Positions 1 to 17,124 are shown, counted from the stretch's first letter. The stretch is DNA of 64,000 nt from Eledone cirrhosa (GCA_964016885.1 CAXHJY010000841.1:13884-77883); one strand, 5' to 3'. Notes: generated by a model from the letters alone, not told the origin. Translations and numbers: made by a program.

Positions 1-402
1 ACATGGTAAATATAATATGAAACTGTATTTTGTTTCATCTTTCAAATCGTTAATTTCGGAATTAAAAATAAACACTTTTCGTTGGTTCTAGTAATTTTCT
101 GAATTATCCATGTGTAGCCTCGTTATTCCTCTATTCCATGTAATGTAGATACGTAAGCCACTTACCAGGATTTAATCTAAACATGTCAGCCACACTTCTC
201 CCTGTAGCCCGTACATATATCAGAGACTTTACGGGATTCACTCTATTGCGCATTTCTACAAATGATATAAAAATGTCCTACTGTACATAGAATGTAACAC
301 ATATGTGTAAGTGGATAATCCATCTCTTTCTCTCCTTATCTTCCTATCTCTATTTCTATTTCTCTCTGACTGTCTTTTCCCCTTTCCCTGTCTCTCTTTC
401 TC

Positions 403-485
<83 letters not shown>

Positions 486-703
486 GTATATATATCATAT
501 AACCACGTCCTAATATACAGAGACTGTAACATGGCATGCGTGAATGTGTGAGCGGACAAACCCCCTCACTCTCGTTCTCTGTATAAATATATATATATAT
601 ATATATAGATAAATATATATATATATATTTATTTATTTATACATGTATGTATATATATTTATCCCTATATATATATATATATAGATATATAGATATTTAT
701 ACT

Positions 704-738
<35 letters not shown>

Positions 739-740
<2 letters not shown>

Positions 741-908
741 CGAAGGAGTTGTGGTAAGGAACCAGGTGGACCATAACGCACCAGAGTACTCAATAATTAG
801 GGTAGTAGAGTGGGTAATAGGAGAAAGTATGGCTCAAGCCATTTCGACGGCTATTCCAGAAATAGCCGTCGAAACAGCTTGAGCTCTGCCGTCGAGGTCA
901 TACTTTCT

Positions 909-912
<4 letters not shown>
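739..912 (-). mobile_element. Family A fold-back element in (TA)n (putative PLE terminal fragment)
   Basis: Flanked by (TA)n on both sides; internal inverted repeat around TTTCGACGGCTATT/AATAGCCGTCGAAA; homologous to 16248, 28122, 39271 and 54557 copies. Confidence 0.75.
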
Positions 913-995
<83 letters not shown>

Positions 996-1064
996 TATGA
1001 AGAGAGAAGAAACATTTAGATATAATTAGTAATAAAACGTATCATACCTAAATTGCTCCTAGAT

Positions 1065-1154
1065 TCCTCGACTACGTAGTTTCGTGGCATAAACAAAAAC
1101 AATACATCATAAAGATATAGAGTCCTTGCGAGGTCTGCCGACTTATCAAGAGGA
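1065..1154 (-). ncRNA. Degenerate type I hammerhead ribozyme motif
   Basis: Minus strand: TCCTC-TTGATAA-GTCGGCA...TGCCAC-GAA-ACTACGTAGT-C-GAGGA. Stem I TCCTC/GAGGA, palindromic stem III, GUC triplet; core has 2 changes from CUGAUGA. Confidence 0.65.
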
Positions 1155-1562
1155 TACCTCATTTAACTAGTCTCAAGAACGCGTCTACACGACGTGAGAA
1201 AGAATCCCAAAAGGCGGAGGGGGAGATAGTCACGCGATATAACGGTCGAGAAACAGAGCTAAGCCTCTTATAACCCCGAAGAAAACACCACGGAGGCGGA
1301 GGGGGTATTTATATCGAAGCCGTAGAAGAGGTGGTGAAGGAGGCAAGAAGTATGAGTAATGGAAGCTTTCCAGCAGTCCCCCCACTTCAAAGATTGCTCG
1401 ACCAGAGGGAGTTATTAACAATATATTTAGAAACACACAGATACATGCGGACACACACATATACATGAATGCATCCGCACCCAACCGTGAGTTAAGGGTG
1501 CCAGCTTCACCGATGTTGCTCAATGAATGACTGGGACAGACCAATCCGGTTGAACTAGACTG

Positions 1563-1653
1563 AAGGAGGGTAGAATAACACGGAACAGCTATACAGCAGG
1601 ATTTATGAAATAAACCCTACTGAATAGCTGATCCGTGTAATTCTTCCCTCCTT
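1563..1653. repeat. 91-nt imperfect hairpin (44-nt arms, 3-nt loop)
   Basis: AAGGAGGGTAGAATAACACGGAACAGCTATACAGCAGGATTTAT pairs with 1610-1653 with only symmetric single mismatches. Confidence 0.85.
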
Positions 1654-1729
1654 TATTATTAATACACCAGGAACCGCTTAACTAGGAACTGTCTGATAGA
1701 AAGCTTTCCGGTATTAGTTCTGGCACTCT

Positions 1730-1825
1730 GATCTCTGAGCTCAAATAATACCGAGATCAACTTTGCCTTTCATCCATTCCAGGTTGATATACAAAGAACT
1801 AGTCCAGTACTGGAGTCGATTATTC
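1730..1825 (+). mobile_element. tRNA-derived SINE fragment (MetaSINE-like core)
   Basis: CTGAGCTCAAAT...CAACTTTGCCTTTCATCC core shared with many copies in the window. Confidence 0.6.
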
Positions 1826-2034
1826 CTCTATATCTCTTTCTCACCTCCTCTCTCTCTCATTGCCCATCCTAGAATTAACCACAGTGTCTTACTGGTACCC
1901 AGTAAGTGTTTTTTGAAATGACAACAAACATTATTTTCCTATTTTCTCCAACTATTCATCAAGCCAGTGAACTAGCAGACTCCATTAGAATATCAGATAA
2001 AATACTTTGTGGTATTCGATCCGGTTCTCTGCTC

Positions 2035-2125
2035 ATTGAGTTCAAATCCCGCTAAGGTCACGTTTGCCTTTCGTCTATTCAAGGTTGATAAAAAAACAAA
2101 CCAGTCTAGTACTGGGTCGATTCTT
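2035..2125 (+). mobile_element. tRNA-derived SINE fragment (MetaSINE-like core)
   Basis: B-box-like GAGTTCAAATCC followed by TTTGCCTTTC core. Confidence 0.6.
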
Positions 2126-2163
2126 CCTCCATATCTCTCTCTCTCTCTCTCTCCCTCTCTCTC

Positions 2164-2222
<59 letters not shown>

Positions 2223-2849
2223 TTCTCAATCCTTCTCTGAAAGAAATCTACTGTATTCAGATCTGGAGAGGGTATGAGCTCCACCAAACGTAGTATGTCA
2301 GTATGACACCCCTACAACCGAATTAGGAATCACGGGACCATATATGCAAATGTATTAACAATTTGAATTAAAAGAGATTAGATTCTAAGAGGAATGGTAA
2401 ATGGAAATTTTAATGATCTGCCTGTAATCCTGGAGCAAAATTACTTCTTAACTCCTCATTTCCGGGAATGCTTCGTTTTTGCAATGCCATGTCCGGCGGA
2501 CACAAATTAAAGGAAGTTCTGAGATTCACGAAAGGTTTAACTAACCAAGAAATGGAAGATGCTTGGTAAAAAAAAGATCACAACGAGAATCAAACAGATT
2601 GGAACTGACAGAAAGAGAAATAAAGAGAAATAAACATTTAAAGATATGCGCATGCGTAGAAGGACATCAGCCTTAATTATGAATAGGCAATGCCTTAATA
2701 CTGGGAAAGGGGCGGAATGGAGTTGAGTTTAAAATATGATAATTACATATCATTTTGACCTCCAGTAAGAAAAGTAGATTTCTGATGCCTTTATCGTTAA
2801 TATAAACGTAATAGAAGTGGCAGATCTATCTATCTATATAAACACATGT

Positions 2850-5710
<2,861 letters not shown>

Positions 5711-5939
5711 TACAAGTATGTGAAGACGTTAGAAGATATATACAATATGTAGCAACACATGTATACATGTGTTTGGAGAGGTTTGCTATTTTCAGAAGAA
5801 CAGTAAACAGATCGTCTGTTTATCAATTTATACAGTAACATTACATTGCTGCCGAAACATTTATTATTTTGGAAATCTGGACATCTTGATCTCAAGTCGT
5901 ACATATCTCTCACAAATTATTTACAAACTCATACATACA

Positions 5940-6040
<101 letters not shown>

Positions 6041-6308
6041 ATATATATACACACATATGTGTGTTTATATATGTATGGTATGTAATCTATATATACATTT
6101 TATATAAATACATATGCATATATATATATGTATATAATATATATATATATATAATATGTGTATAATATATATATATATGTGTGTGTATGTGTGTGTATAT
6201 GTATGTAATATATATATATACATTTAATATAAATACGTATACATATATATATATGTGTATATATCTATATAATATATATATATATAAACATATATATATA
6301 TATACAGA

Positions 6309-6372
<64 letters not shown>

Positions 6373-6679
6373 TAAATATATATAAAGAGAGAGGGTGAGA
6401 GAGAGAGGGGGCGAGCGAGAGAAGTAGTGAAAAGGATAGGGATAAAAAGTGAGAGAGAAGGATTTAAAGAAATCGATAACAATACTAATAATATATCAAT
6501 ATATATGGGTGTGTAGTATGTACGTTTGTTTGTATATATTTATAACATATGTCATTTGATAATTATTTCACAGAACAGACATAGAAACATACTATGTTAT
6601 GTAAAACTACGAGTGTATAGATATTTATATATGTAGATATGTGTGTGTGTGATTGTGTGTTTGAGCATTTCAGTTTATA

Positions 6680-6979
6680 TAACGGGCAAAGAGTAAAGAC
6701 CTCCCTCGGTCAAGAACGGACATGGGGTTTGCTCCCAAAAACTTCCCCCTCCGAAGCAAGATTGTTTGTGGAAGACCAGCAGTCGTTCATCCATACCAGT
6801 CTCCCCTCACCATGCCGGCGATGTTGTCTAATGCAAGGGCAATGGCGGATACAGCTTGGCACCAGTGACGTCGCAACTCATTTCTACAGCTGAGTGAACT
6901 GGAACAACGTGAAATAAAGTGTTTAGCAAAGCCCGGTCCTAGAATCGAACTCACAACCTCACGATTGTAAGCCACTAAA

Positions 6980-6982
<3 letters not shown>
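6680..6982 (-). mobile_element. tRNA-derived SINE
   Basis: Minus-strand B-box GAGTTCGATTC and body homologous to 36967-37270. Confidence 0.7.
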
Positions 6983-7015
<33 letters not shown>

Positions 7016-7051
7016 TTAAATATTCATACATTTATATATACATATGTATTC

Positions 7052-7093
<42 letters not shown>

Positions 7094-7132
7094 TTATTTA
7101 TTTAAATATACATACATTTATCTATACATATG

Positions 7133-7220
<88 letters not shown>

Positions 7221-7265
7221 TATACATATACATATATATATATATATATATGTATGTATATATAC

Positions 7266-7333
<68 letters not shown>

Positions 7334-7396
7334 ATATACATATATATATATGTGTATATATATACATATATATATATGTATGTATATATACATATA

Positions 7397-7443
<47 letters not shown>

Positions 7444-7470
7444 GTATACCTATATTCATATATCTATACA
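6983..7470. repeat. (TA)n compound microsatellite
   Basis: Direct reading. Confidence 0.95.
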
Positions 7471-7849
7471 GATAGAGATATGGTTATATAATATAATATA
7501 AATCATAACAGTATTTCTACCTACCAAACTGTTAAGTTGTTGTTTCACGCACATACATACACACAACCATATACACAGACATACACACACATACACAGAC
7601 ACACACAAACATTCACATACACACAAACATTCACATACACACAAACATATACACATACACACATATCCCCCTATAGACACACACACACACACCACAAAAG
7701 CAGTAAGTATGTTTAACAGACTGAAACCAATTCAATTATTTTCCTATAAACTACAAAAATGAGAAAATGACATAACAGTTATTTTGTACGGAAAATATAA
7801 TTTAAAATTGATTGAATTCCTTTTCTACCTGCTGGCCTTTTGTTCATTT

Positions 7850-8565
7850 AGTTGTTGTTGTTGTTATGGCTGTTGTCGTGGTTGTTGTAGCTGTTGTTTT
7901 GTTGTTGTTGTTATGGTTGTTGTTGTGGCTGCTGTTGTTGTTGTTGGTGTTACTGTTGTTGTTATGGTTGGTGTTGTTGTGGCTGTTGTTGTTACTGTTG
8001 TTATGATTGTTGTTGTGGCTGTTGTTGTTGTGGTTGTTGTTGTTGTGGTTGTTGTTGTGGTTGTTGTTGTTGTGGCTGTTGTTGTTACTGTTGTTATGAT
8101 TGTTGTTGTGGCTGTTGTTGTTGTTGTTGTTGTTGTTGTGGTTGTTGTTGTTATGGTTGTTGTTGTTGTGGCTGTTGTTGTTATGGTTGTTGTTGTGGCT
8201 GATGCTGTTGTTGTTGTTGTTGTTACTGTTGTTGTTGTTGTTGTTGTTGTTGTTATGGTTGTTGTTGTGGTTGTTGTTGTTATGGTGATGTTATTGTTAT
8301 CGTAGTTGTTGTGACTGTTGTTGTTGTAGTAGTTGTTGTAAAGATGATGTTTCTGTTACTATTGTGGCTGGCGTTTTGATCATTCAGTTGTTATGGCTGT
8401 TATTACGGCTGTTGTTATGGCTATTGTTATTACTGTTGTTGTGGCTGTAGATGTAGTTCTTACTGTTGTTGTTACTGTTATTGCTGTTTCTCCTTTTGTT
8501 GTTATTGTTGTGCTTATTTTACTATTGCTACTGCGGCAGTTATTGCTGTTATTTTTGTTGTTATT
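7850..8565. repeat. Degenerate (GTT)n trinucleotide array
   Basis: Direct reading; explains the poly-V, poly-L and poly-C ORFs. Confidence 0.95.
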
Positions 8566-8945
8566 TTAAATGTAGTAAGATTCGCTGTGGGGGGCTAATA
8601 AGGCAAAATCTTAACCGCAATTGTCATCCTACATACCAAGGATCAGATTCATAATCCACTGCATATCTCAAATAAATATTTTCTTTCAGATGATATTTAA
8701 AAAGTTCTCTCCATTGTCTATTTCCATCATAATTGTCATTGAAACCATTAGGTTTAATAAAACATTTCTTCTCAAATTCAGTTGGTGTTCCTCATTTCCT
8801 CATTGAAGAAGATGTAAAGACGTGGATAGGTTTGTGGCACCAGTTCTATCAATACACTGCATTGATAAATATGTTAGAAGCTACAGAACTTATATATTTC
8901 GTCGACTAAATTTTGATAAATTGGTAACTGGAAATCATTCGGCTA

Positions 8946-9290
8946 TTCTAAATACAATATAGAAAAGGAAGGGAAACGCAAGAGCTCTAAGGTCACAGAA
9001 GAAAGGGAAGGGGGAAAAGGGATGTGTTCTGGGCCTAGGGTGCGGCTTTGTTGGGGCTGCAGCCCGCGAGTAGAACCGCTAAAGCATTTCCGCGAACAAT
9101 GGCCAGCGATACCCGCTGCAACAGCCACCCCACCTCGCGGAGGCGAGCTCCTTCCTCAGACGGACTGCTAACGTTCCGATCTTGCAGAGGTCTTCGGCAG
9201 TACGGGGTTACAAGTAGTACGCCTGAGGTCACGACGGCGGCGACCGTTGCGGAGAGGAAGAGGAAGCGGCCAGATAACTTCCTCCTATGC
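8946..9290 (-). mobile_element. CRE-like (RLE-type) non-LTR retrotransposon 3' fragment
   Basis: ORF 9035-9292 ends in WLLQRVSLAIVRGNALAVL, matching the QRxSxAxxRGNA C-terminal motif of CRE-clade elements; GC-rich island followed by a pyrimidine-rich 3' UTR. Confidence 0.65.
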
Positions 9291-9740
9291 ATTCGTTATT
9301 TTCCTACATTTAACAGTTTTCAATATAGTTTGGCAGTTGTATCCATGTTCAGGAATTTGCTCATTAAAATGCTATCGACATAGTTTCTACAGCTGCATGC
9401 GACATTGATGGATTTTTTTCTCCTGCTAAATAGCAATCGGGAGTTGTGTCTGCCTAAGAAAGCTGGCTTGATTAACGACAAGAAATTTCACGCAAGGTTA
9501 ACTGAAGTATTTCTACTGAAAGGAAGGTTGAAGGATGATATTAAACTTTCTAGGCAGGATGAAATGTTGATATAGGTGTCCAGTGTAACTGAAATATTTT
9601 CCATATATAAGCATAAAAACATATTCTTATGGGGAATGGAAGGAAACCACAGCCAAATAAGGTGTTCAATATATTAGTAGAGAAGATACATATATAGTTG
9701 TTGTTTTTGGGGTTTTTTTTCATATAGAATTAGAAATATC

Positions 9741-9823
9741 TTCTACGTGATTAGAACTGTTTCATTCCTTTGAAATCATACCTGATGATTTCAAACTAAT
9801 GAAATAGTTCTAAACCTGTCGAA
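9741..9823 (+). mobile_element. Small fold-back with minimal HHR-like core
   Basis: TTAGAACTGTTTCATT/AATGAAATAGTTCTAA arms; CTGATGA at 9782 and GAAA at 9801; related to 55845-55895 (minus). Confidence 0.5.
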
Positions 9824-9846
9824 ATCTCTCTCTCTCTCTCCCTCTC

Positions 9847-9879
<33 letters not shown>

Positions 9880-9882
<3 letters not shown>

Positions 9883-10002
9883 AAAAGTAAACAGAAATCA
9901 CAACATAAACGGTACAGTATAAGGAAGGAATATATTAGTTTAACGCTTGAAATAGCATGAAGAGGGTCTTAACGTTTCGGACGCTATTCTTTAATCAGAA
10001 AA
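9880..10002 (-). mobile_element. HHR-tail element (family D), degenerate HHR at 9967-10002
   Basis: Minus strand CTGATTAAAGAATAGCGTCCGAAACGTTAAGA plus a tail ending in (TA)n; homologous to 31408-31520 and 60935-61038. Confidence 0.65.
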
Positions 10003-10059
10003 AAAGATGGAGAAGCTAGAAAGATTCAGGATGGATTCAGTTTGAAATTAGTTAGACCA

Positions 10060-10247
10060 TCACTCAAGAGAGTATTCGATATTTGGGGTAGTAGAGTATG
10101 GTTACATTATAAAGTGTCGTGGCGAAACGGCTGAGCTCTTGCCGTTTCAACGGTTAGTTCCAGACTGGGCGGTTTACTGGCCAGTAAATCACCTAAGCCC
10201 TTCGGCAATTAGTCTGGAACTAGTTGTGGAAAGGGCAAGAGCTCAGG
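10060..10247 (-). mobile_element. Diverged family A fold-back
   Basis: CTGAGCTCTTGCCGTTTC...GAAAGGGCAAGAGCTCAG arms around the palindrome TTTACTGG|CCAGTAAA. Confidence 0.55.
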
Positions 10248-10253
10248 ATATAT

Positions 10254-10706
10254 AATACGATATATTAACAAATGGAAACTATATTTATAAAACCATATTT
10301 ATTTCATTATACATATTTCAAGGACACCAAGTTAAATTATGGTGTGCTTTCATCAGATAAAATATAATATAGATCAGTTTTATAAATAAATATTGACATA
10401 CCCTTAAAGAATGCGACCATTTCTGTTGGAAGCTCCCGGATAGTCCAACAGAAATGGTCGCATTCTTTAAGGGTATGTCAATATTTATTTATAAAACTGA
10501 TCTATATTATATTTTATCTGATGAAAGCACACCATAATTTAACTTGGTGTCCTTGAACTATGTATAATGAAATAAATATGGTTTTATAAATATAGTTTCC
10601 ATTTGTTAATATATCGTATTTTTACTCCAATAAGATGTTGAGTGCTTTATATCAGTTATAAAAATATTTTCTTGTTGTATCCCAACAATTTAAATAGAAC
10701 TTCTAC
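10254..10706 (+). mobile_element. Fold-back element, 177-bp arms (10254-10430 / 10444-10620), HHR in each arm
   Basis: Near-perfect inverted repeat; TATTTTAT-CTGATGA-stem II-GAAA-TATGTA-TA-ATGAAATA at 10300-10364 (minus, intact) and 10510-10574 (plus, GAAC variant); long arm ends in (TA)n. Confidence 0.85.
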
Positions 10707-10784
<78 letters not shown>

Positions 10785-10883
10785 AGGGAGTGTAACTTGG
10801 AGTTACTGTAGATTCACTCGAGTGAGCACTCGATGTTTAGGTTCACTTCTGTGATGAGGTGTAGAGCTATACAGAGTGTATTG

Positions 10884-11165
10884 TAGTGAAAAGATAACAA
10901 GGACGATTGGTTACTCCTTCATTACATTTATTGGTTGGTGACGCGCGTTGCGCCACTGATCAGCTCAAGGTTCGATCTGTATCGATCTTACCCGACTCTG
11001 TAATCTGTAGCTCGACGGACCCCTTGAAATGCTAGGTGGTCCGTCGAGTTGCAGATTACAGAGTCGGGTAAGATCGATACAGATCGAACCTTGAGCTGAT
11101 CAGTTGTGCAACGCGCGTCACTAACCAATAAATGTAAGGAGTAACCAATCGTCCTTGTTATCTTT

Positions 11166-11171
<6 letters not shown>
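10884..11171. mobile_element. Fold-back element, about 135-bp arms (10884-11021 / 11038-11171)
   Basis: Inverted repeat ending in (TA)n; internal similarity to the 15832 element. Confidence 0.8.
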
Positions 11172-11233
<62 letters not shown>

Positions 11234-12079
11234 TATATATATATAAATGTATATGCATATACATTTATATGTCTCTATAGAATGTTTGTGTTTGCATATA
11301 TATGCATACATAAACATTTTATAAAGACATATAAATGTATATGCATATATATATATATATATAAATTTTATATAGACATATAAATGTATATATGCATATA
11401 TATATATATAAATTGTATATAGACATATAAATGTATATATATATATATAAATTTTATATAGACATATAAATGTATATATATATATAAATTTTATATAGAC
11501 ATATAAATGTATATATATATATATATGTATGTATATATATATATATATGTATGTATATATATACATACATACATATATATATATACATACACACACATAC
11601 ACACACACACACACACACACCCATACACACACACACGTCCACACACACACCCACACACCCAGAGATTCATATGCATGCTGCGATGCTGCAAACCAAATCG
11701 CATTATTCAATGAAAGGGAAATGAAAACCTATATTAAATAAAGCCGAATCATGTTTTCCTAGAAAGCAGCTCAGTTGGTGGGGGACTAGATTCATTGATT
11801 ATTAAAAGGGGGGACGTTTCAGTTATAGTATTACAGACTGTATTACAGTCGTTCTTATCTAATATTCCTTTGCTATTGTGTTTTTTTTTATATTCTCCTT
11901 TATTAATCTTCAGTTCTCATAAACTTTTCCACATACGTGCGGAGAGTACACCACATGCATACTCACACATATATGTGTGTGTGTCTGCGTGTATATATAT
12001 ATGTATATATGTATGTGTATATGTATAGTGTTTATATGTATGTATATATATACACATATATATATAATGTATTTTTTTT

Positions 12080-12270
12080 TAGGAACGATCGACTTTCGTC
12101 AAATCGGACCGAGGAAACAATGTTTCCATTGGTCTTTCCAATTGCTAATACTATCTATCGGTCGCAACTCCAGGTAGAAGGAGCAACGTGAAATAAAGTG
12201 TCTTGTTCAAGGACATAACGCATCGCCTGGTCTGAGAATCGAACTCACAAACTCACAACCACATGCCTTC
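12080..12270 (-). mobile_element. tRNA-derived SINE fragment
   Basis: GGAGCAACGTGAAATAAAGTGTCTTGTTCAAGGACA core and B-box on the minus strand. Confidence 0.6.
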
Positions 12271-12359
12271 ACCAATAATGTATATAATATGTATATAATG
12301 TATATATGTATATAATATATGTGTGTGTGTACATATATTTATAACTATATATAAATCTT

Positions 12360-12798
<439 letters not shown>

Positions 12799-12800
12799 CA

Positions 12801-12852
<52 letters not shown>

Positions 12853-12936
12853 CATATATACATACATATATATTTATTCAGGTTTGCGGTTCACCACGTG
12901 ATAGAGCTGGTCAATTCCGTATGGTCAGTCTTAACA

Positions 12937-13318
12937 TAATAATTGTTTCTACTTTAGGCACAAGGCCAGCAATTACCCAGTGCATTACTGGTACTTTATT
13001 TTATCGACCCCGTAAGGATGAAAGGCAAAGTCAACCTCGGCAGGATTTGAACTCAGATCGTAAAGGGACGTAACTATGGTGGAAAGCATGGCGTCCGACC
13101 CTCTACTGATACTGCCAATCCAATGTAATAATTGTTTCTACTTTTTGGCACAAGGCCAGCAATTGTCCAGTACATTACTGGTACTTTATTTTGTCGACCC
13201 CGTAAGGATAAAAGGCAAAGTTAACCTCGGCAGGATTTGAACTCAGATCGTAAAGGGACGTAACTATGCTGGAAAGCATGGCGCCCGACCCTCTACCGAT
13301 ACTGCCAATCCACCGCCC
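12937..13318 (-). mobile_element. Tandem pair of tRNA-derived SINEs (MetaSINE-like core)
   Basis: Two about 190-bp direct copies containing GGATGAAAGGCAAAGT...GGATTTGAACTCAGA. Confidence 0.8.
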
Positions 13319-13695
13319 TTAATCTTAATGTAATAATATGGAGAGTACATACATATATATATATATTCACTGTTCAATAATTTACTTAACTTAAATAATC
13401 TATCGTTTACTCTGTCCTCTCTTTACAGTATTGTACAATATACACCTACTGATTGCTACTCAGTCTATTATTCCTTTATATCTTATAACAGAAGTTTTTG
13501 GTGTAAGCGGTTGGAAGCGGTGTAGTTGGATCCAGAACTTTCTATTGTGAACTTCTCTCTCTATAGCTTTCAGTCTGCATGTAAACATGTTCTCATTTAA
13601 AGCTAACTAATTTATAAATCTATGAATGAATGTATGTATGTATGATGTACGTATGCCTGTGTGTGTGTGTGTTTGTGTTTGTATGCATATGCGCA

Positions 13696-13913
13696 TGCTG
13701 CAGCTCAGTAGTTACCGATTATGTTGATCTTTTCTTCTTTTCGGGTTATAGCTACTGTCGCTCAGAGAGTGGGATTGGCTCAGTGCACAGTCTTTCCTCA
13801 CTTCTTTAAAAAGTATCTTCACGCACAGGCATTGCATGATAGAATTAATTAATAATTATTAATAATGGTATATCGTGCAATGGCCATACTCGATAAGGAG
13901 AGGGAAGCCATCA
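13696..13913 (+). mobile_element. Family C element, 5'-truncated
   Basis: Reverse complement of 12460-12660. Confidence 0.65.
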
Positions 13914-15332
13914 TGTGCGTATGTACGTATGTAAGTCTGTATGTATGTATGAGTGTGTGTATGAGCGTGTGTATGTATGTATGTGCGTGTGTCTATGTTA
14001 TGAGAATATTATCATCTATATATATATCTTATGAGGATATATATAATCTATATATATATATATATGTGCGTGCGTGTGTGTGTGTGTGGGGGGGGGGTGT
14101 CTGTGTGTATGAATATAGTGTTTGTGTATGTGTGTTTGTATAATTTGTATAGTTACGTCTGTTTAGACGAATGTGTCTGTCTACATGTAAAGGTAGACAT
14201 GCTATCTATACATAATTTAATATGTCCCATTCTTTCTCAGGCATATATACAAGTGTACGTTTGTAATGGCTTGTTTGTCTGTATGTGTGTTTATGTTTGT
14301 GTCTGTGTATGTGTGTTTATGTGTTTGTGTGGGTGTTTATGCCTTTGTAACTTACTCTATATACAGTCATGTGACTCACTCTTACTTGACTTTAAAGTAC
14401 TATATTTGAGTGTTTCATAAATGTAGTTTTAGTTGGGTGGGTTACTAATGAGTGATATGTAGCGTCCATTAAACAACGATATAGAAACATTCTATATAAA
14501 CTCTAGGGAAATTAACTACGAGGCTGGTCGAATGTCCAGAATCATACTTCAATATTTCATATAGCAACATTTGTTATGTATTTCCAGAAACTAAACAAAG
14601 TATGATAATATCGAATCAATAATTTACCAACATTTGCAACTGAGTTTTACAGCCTAATGGCTTTCGAAAGATTTTTCAGGAGAGAGAAAAAAAAATATTA
14701 ATCTAAAAAGGAAATCGTTATCAAAACTATACGTCATTTCTTTTTTTAAGAATTATTTTCTTTTAAAGGAAACAGTTTTGTAATGTAAATCTATATAATG
14801 AAAAGAATAAATTATTTAACAACTGAACGAATTAAAGATTTGTATTTAGTGAATAAATACATCTACATGTTTCTTATACAGTTAAATGTGTAGCTTGCAA
14901 TACCGGTTTCAATTCCTTCTGTGAGCCTATAGAGGGCGCTTCAGCACTACCACAGTATAATCACTCGTTATCCGACTAAAATGAGAATACACACGTATAT
15001 CCACAAATTATTTCAAAACTACACCGTTAATAATTGCTTAAAGGAAAGAACAGATCCCTTTAACTGCTACCCGCACATGCCCAAAACTTTCTTTAAAAAC
15101 TGGACAAATCCCAACTAAGTAGCTCCCCACCGTCACACGCATAGCAGCAACTTTGTTCAAGTAATAAATAACTGTATAACACAACTTGTCCCTCGGAATA
15201 CACAATCTTGATAAGGAGCAAGATTCTGAAACAATTGTCGATTTTTTCTCTCAGCTACCGCTGGAACAAAAGGTTGACGTTATCATCTAACAAGTGGAGT
15301 TTATGAGACTGTTTGCTTACAAACAGACCGAA

Positions 15333-15831
<499 letters not shown>

Positions 15832-15839
<8 letters not shown>

Positions 15840-16228
15840 GAAAACGAAAAATCAGTGATGCATCGGAACTTAATTTATTGCGTATTACAATTGTTTCCCC
15901 GGCGAACGGCTCGAGGTGCGATCTGTGTGTGGATCGACCTGACTCTGGATTCACAGGTTCTTCAGACACGTCTATTGATCCAGAAAGAGGATCTGCTCCG
16001 AAATCAATAGCCGTGTCTGAGGAACCTGTGAATCCAGAGTCAGGTCGATCCACACACAGATCGCACTTCGAGCCGTTCGCCGGGGAAACAATTGTAATAC
16101 GCAATAAATTGAGTTCCGATGCATCACTGATTTTTCGTTTTACATTCTATCATACTCTGCTCCGTAGGAGCGTAGAGTGCTCAACCGGCATACCACCTAT
16201 GGAACCATCTTAGCTACCATTAGACATT
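15832..16228 (+). mobile_element. Fold-back element, 148-bp arms (15832-15979 / 16003-16150), HHR with long stem II
   Basis: CGTGT-CTGAGGA-(about 60 nt)-GAA-ACAATTGT-A-ATACG at 16012-16101; CTGAAGA in the opposite arm; (TA)n on both sides. Confidence 0.85.
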
Positions 16229-16247
16229 ATATATATATATATATATA

Positions 16248-16740
<493 letters not shown>

Positions 16741-17124
16741 GTAATAAGGATATTTATATTTATATATGTTTATTACAACTATAAATATGGAGGGTAGTAC
16801 TAAGTATTAACCGGTCACTTCCCTCTGGAAGAAACAATTGTCAGCAAGTAAAAGTATCAATATATAGGAACAGTAAATATTCAAATATTCCTTCTGGAAA
16901 TATTTTTTCTTGAAATTCCAATAATTTAACACTTTATCTCAACATCCTATTTTCTGGTTAAGATAATTCTGTCATTATTTAAGCAGATTTACACGAGATT
17001 ATTTCTACTGTAATTCTATCCCCGTTATGAATATTCATCTAGCGAGGAAATATATAGTCTGTTATAAGAAATAGATCAGAATCTCTCTCGTTCTACTGTA
17101 CTAACCAGTTACTTCCTTCCTTTT

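Noticed and set aside
2245-2340. Repeated exon-like TTCAG|A(T/C)CTGGAGAGG, also at about 20360 and 42445
   Set aside because: No shared open frame; DRFKSALD resembles a LINE C-terminus and the copies follow SINE fragments
5790-5870. Possible HHR (CAGAAGA...CCGAAAC)
   Set aside because: No convincing stem I, stem III or cleavage triplet
7894-8202. Cys-rich metallothionein- or keratin-associated-like ORF
   Set aside because: One frame of a (GTT)n array that is open in all three frames
14926-14940. CTCF-like CCTATAGAGGGCGCT
   Set aside because: A single imperfect motif, expected by chance
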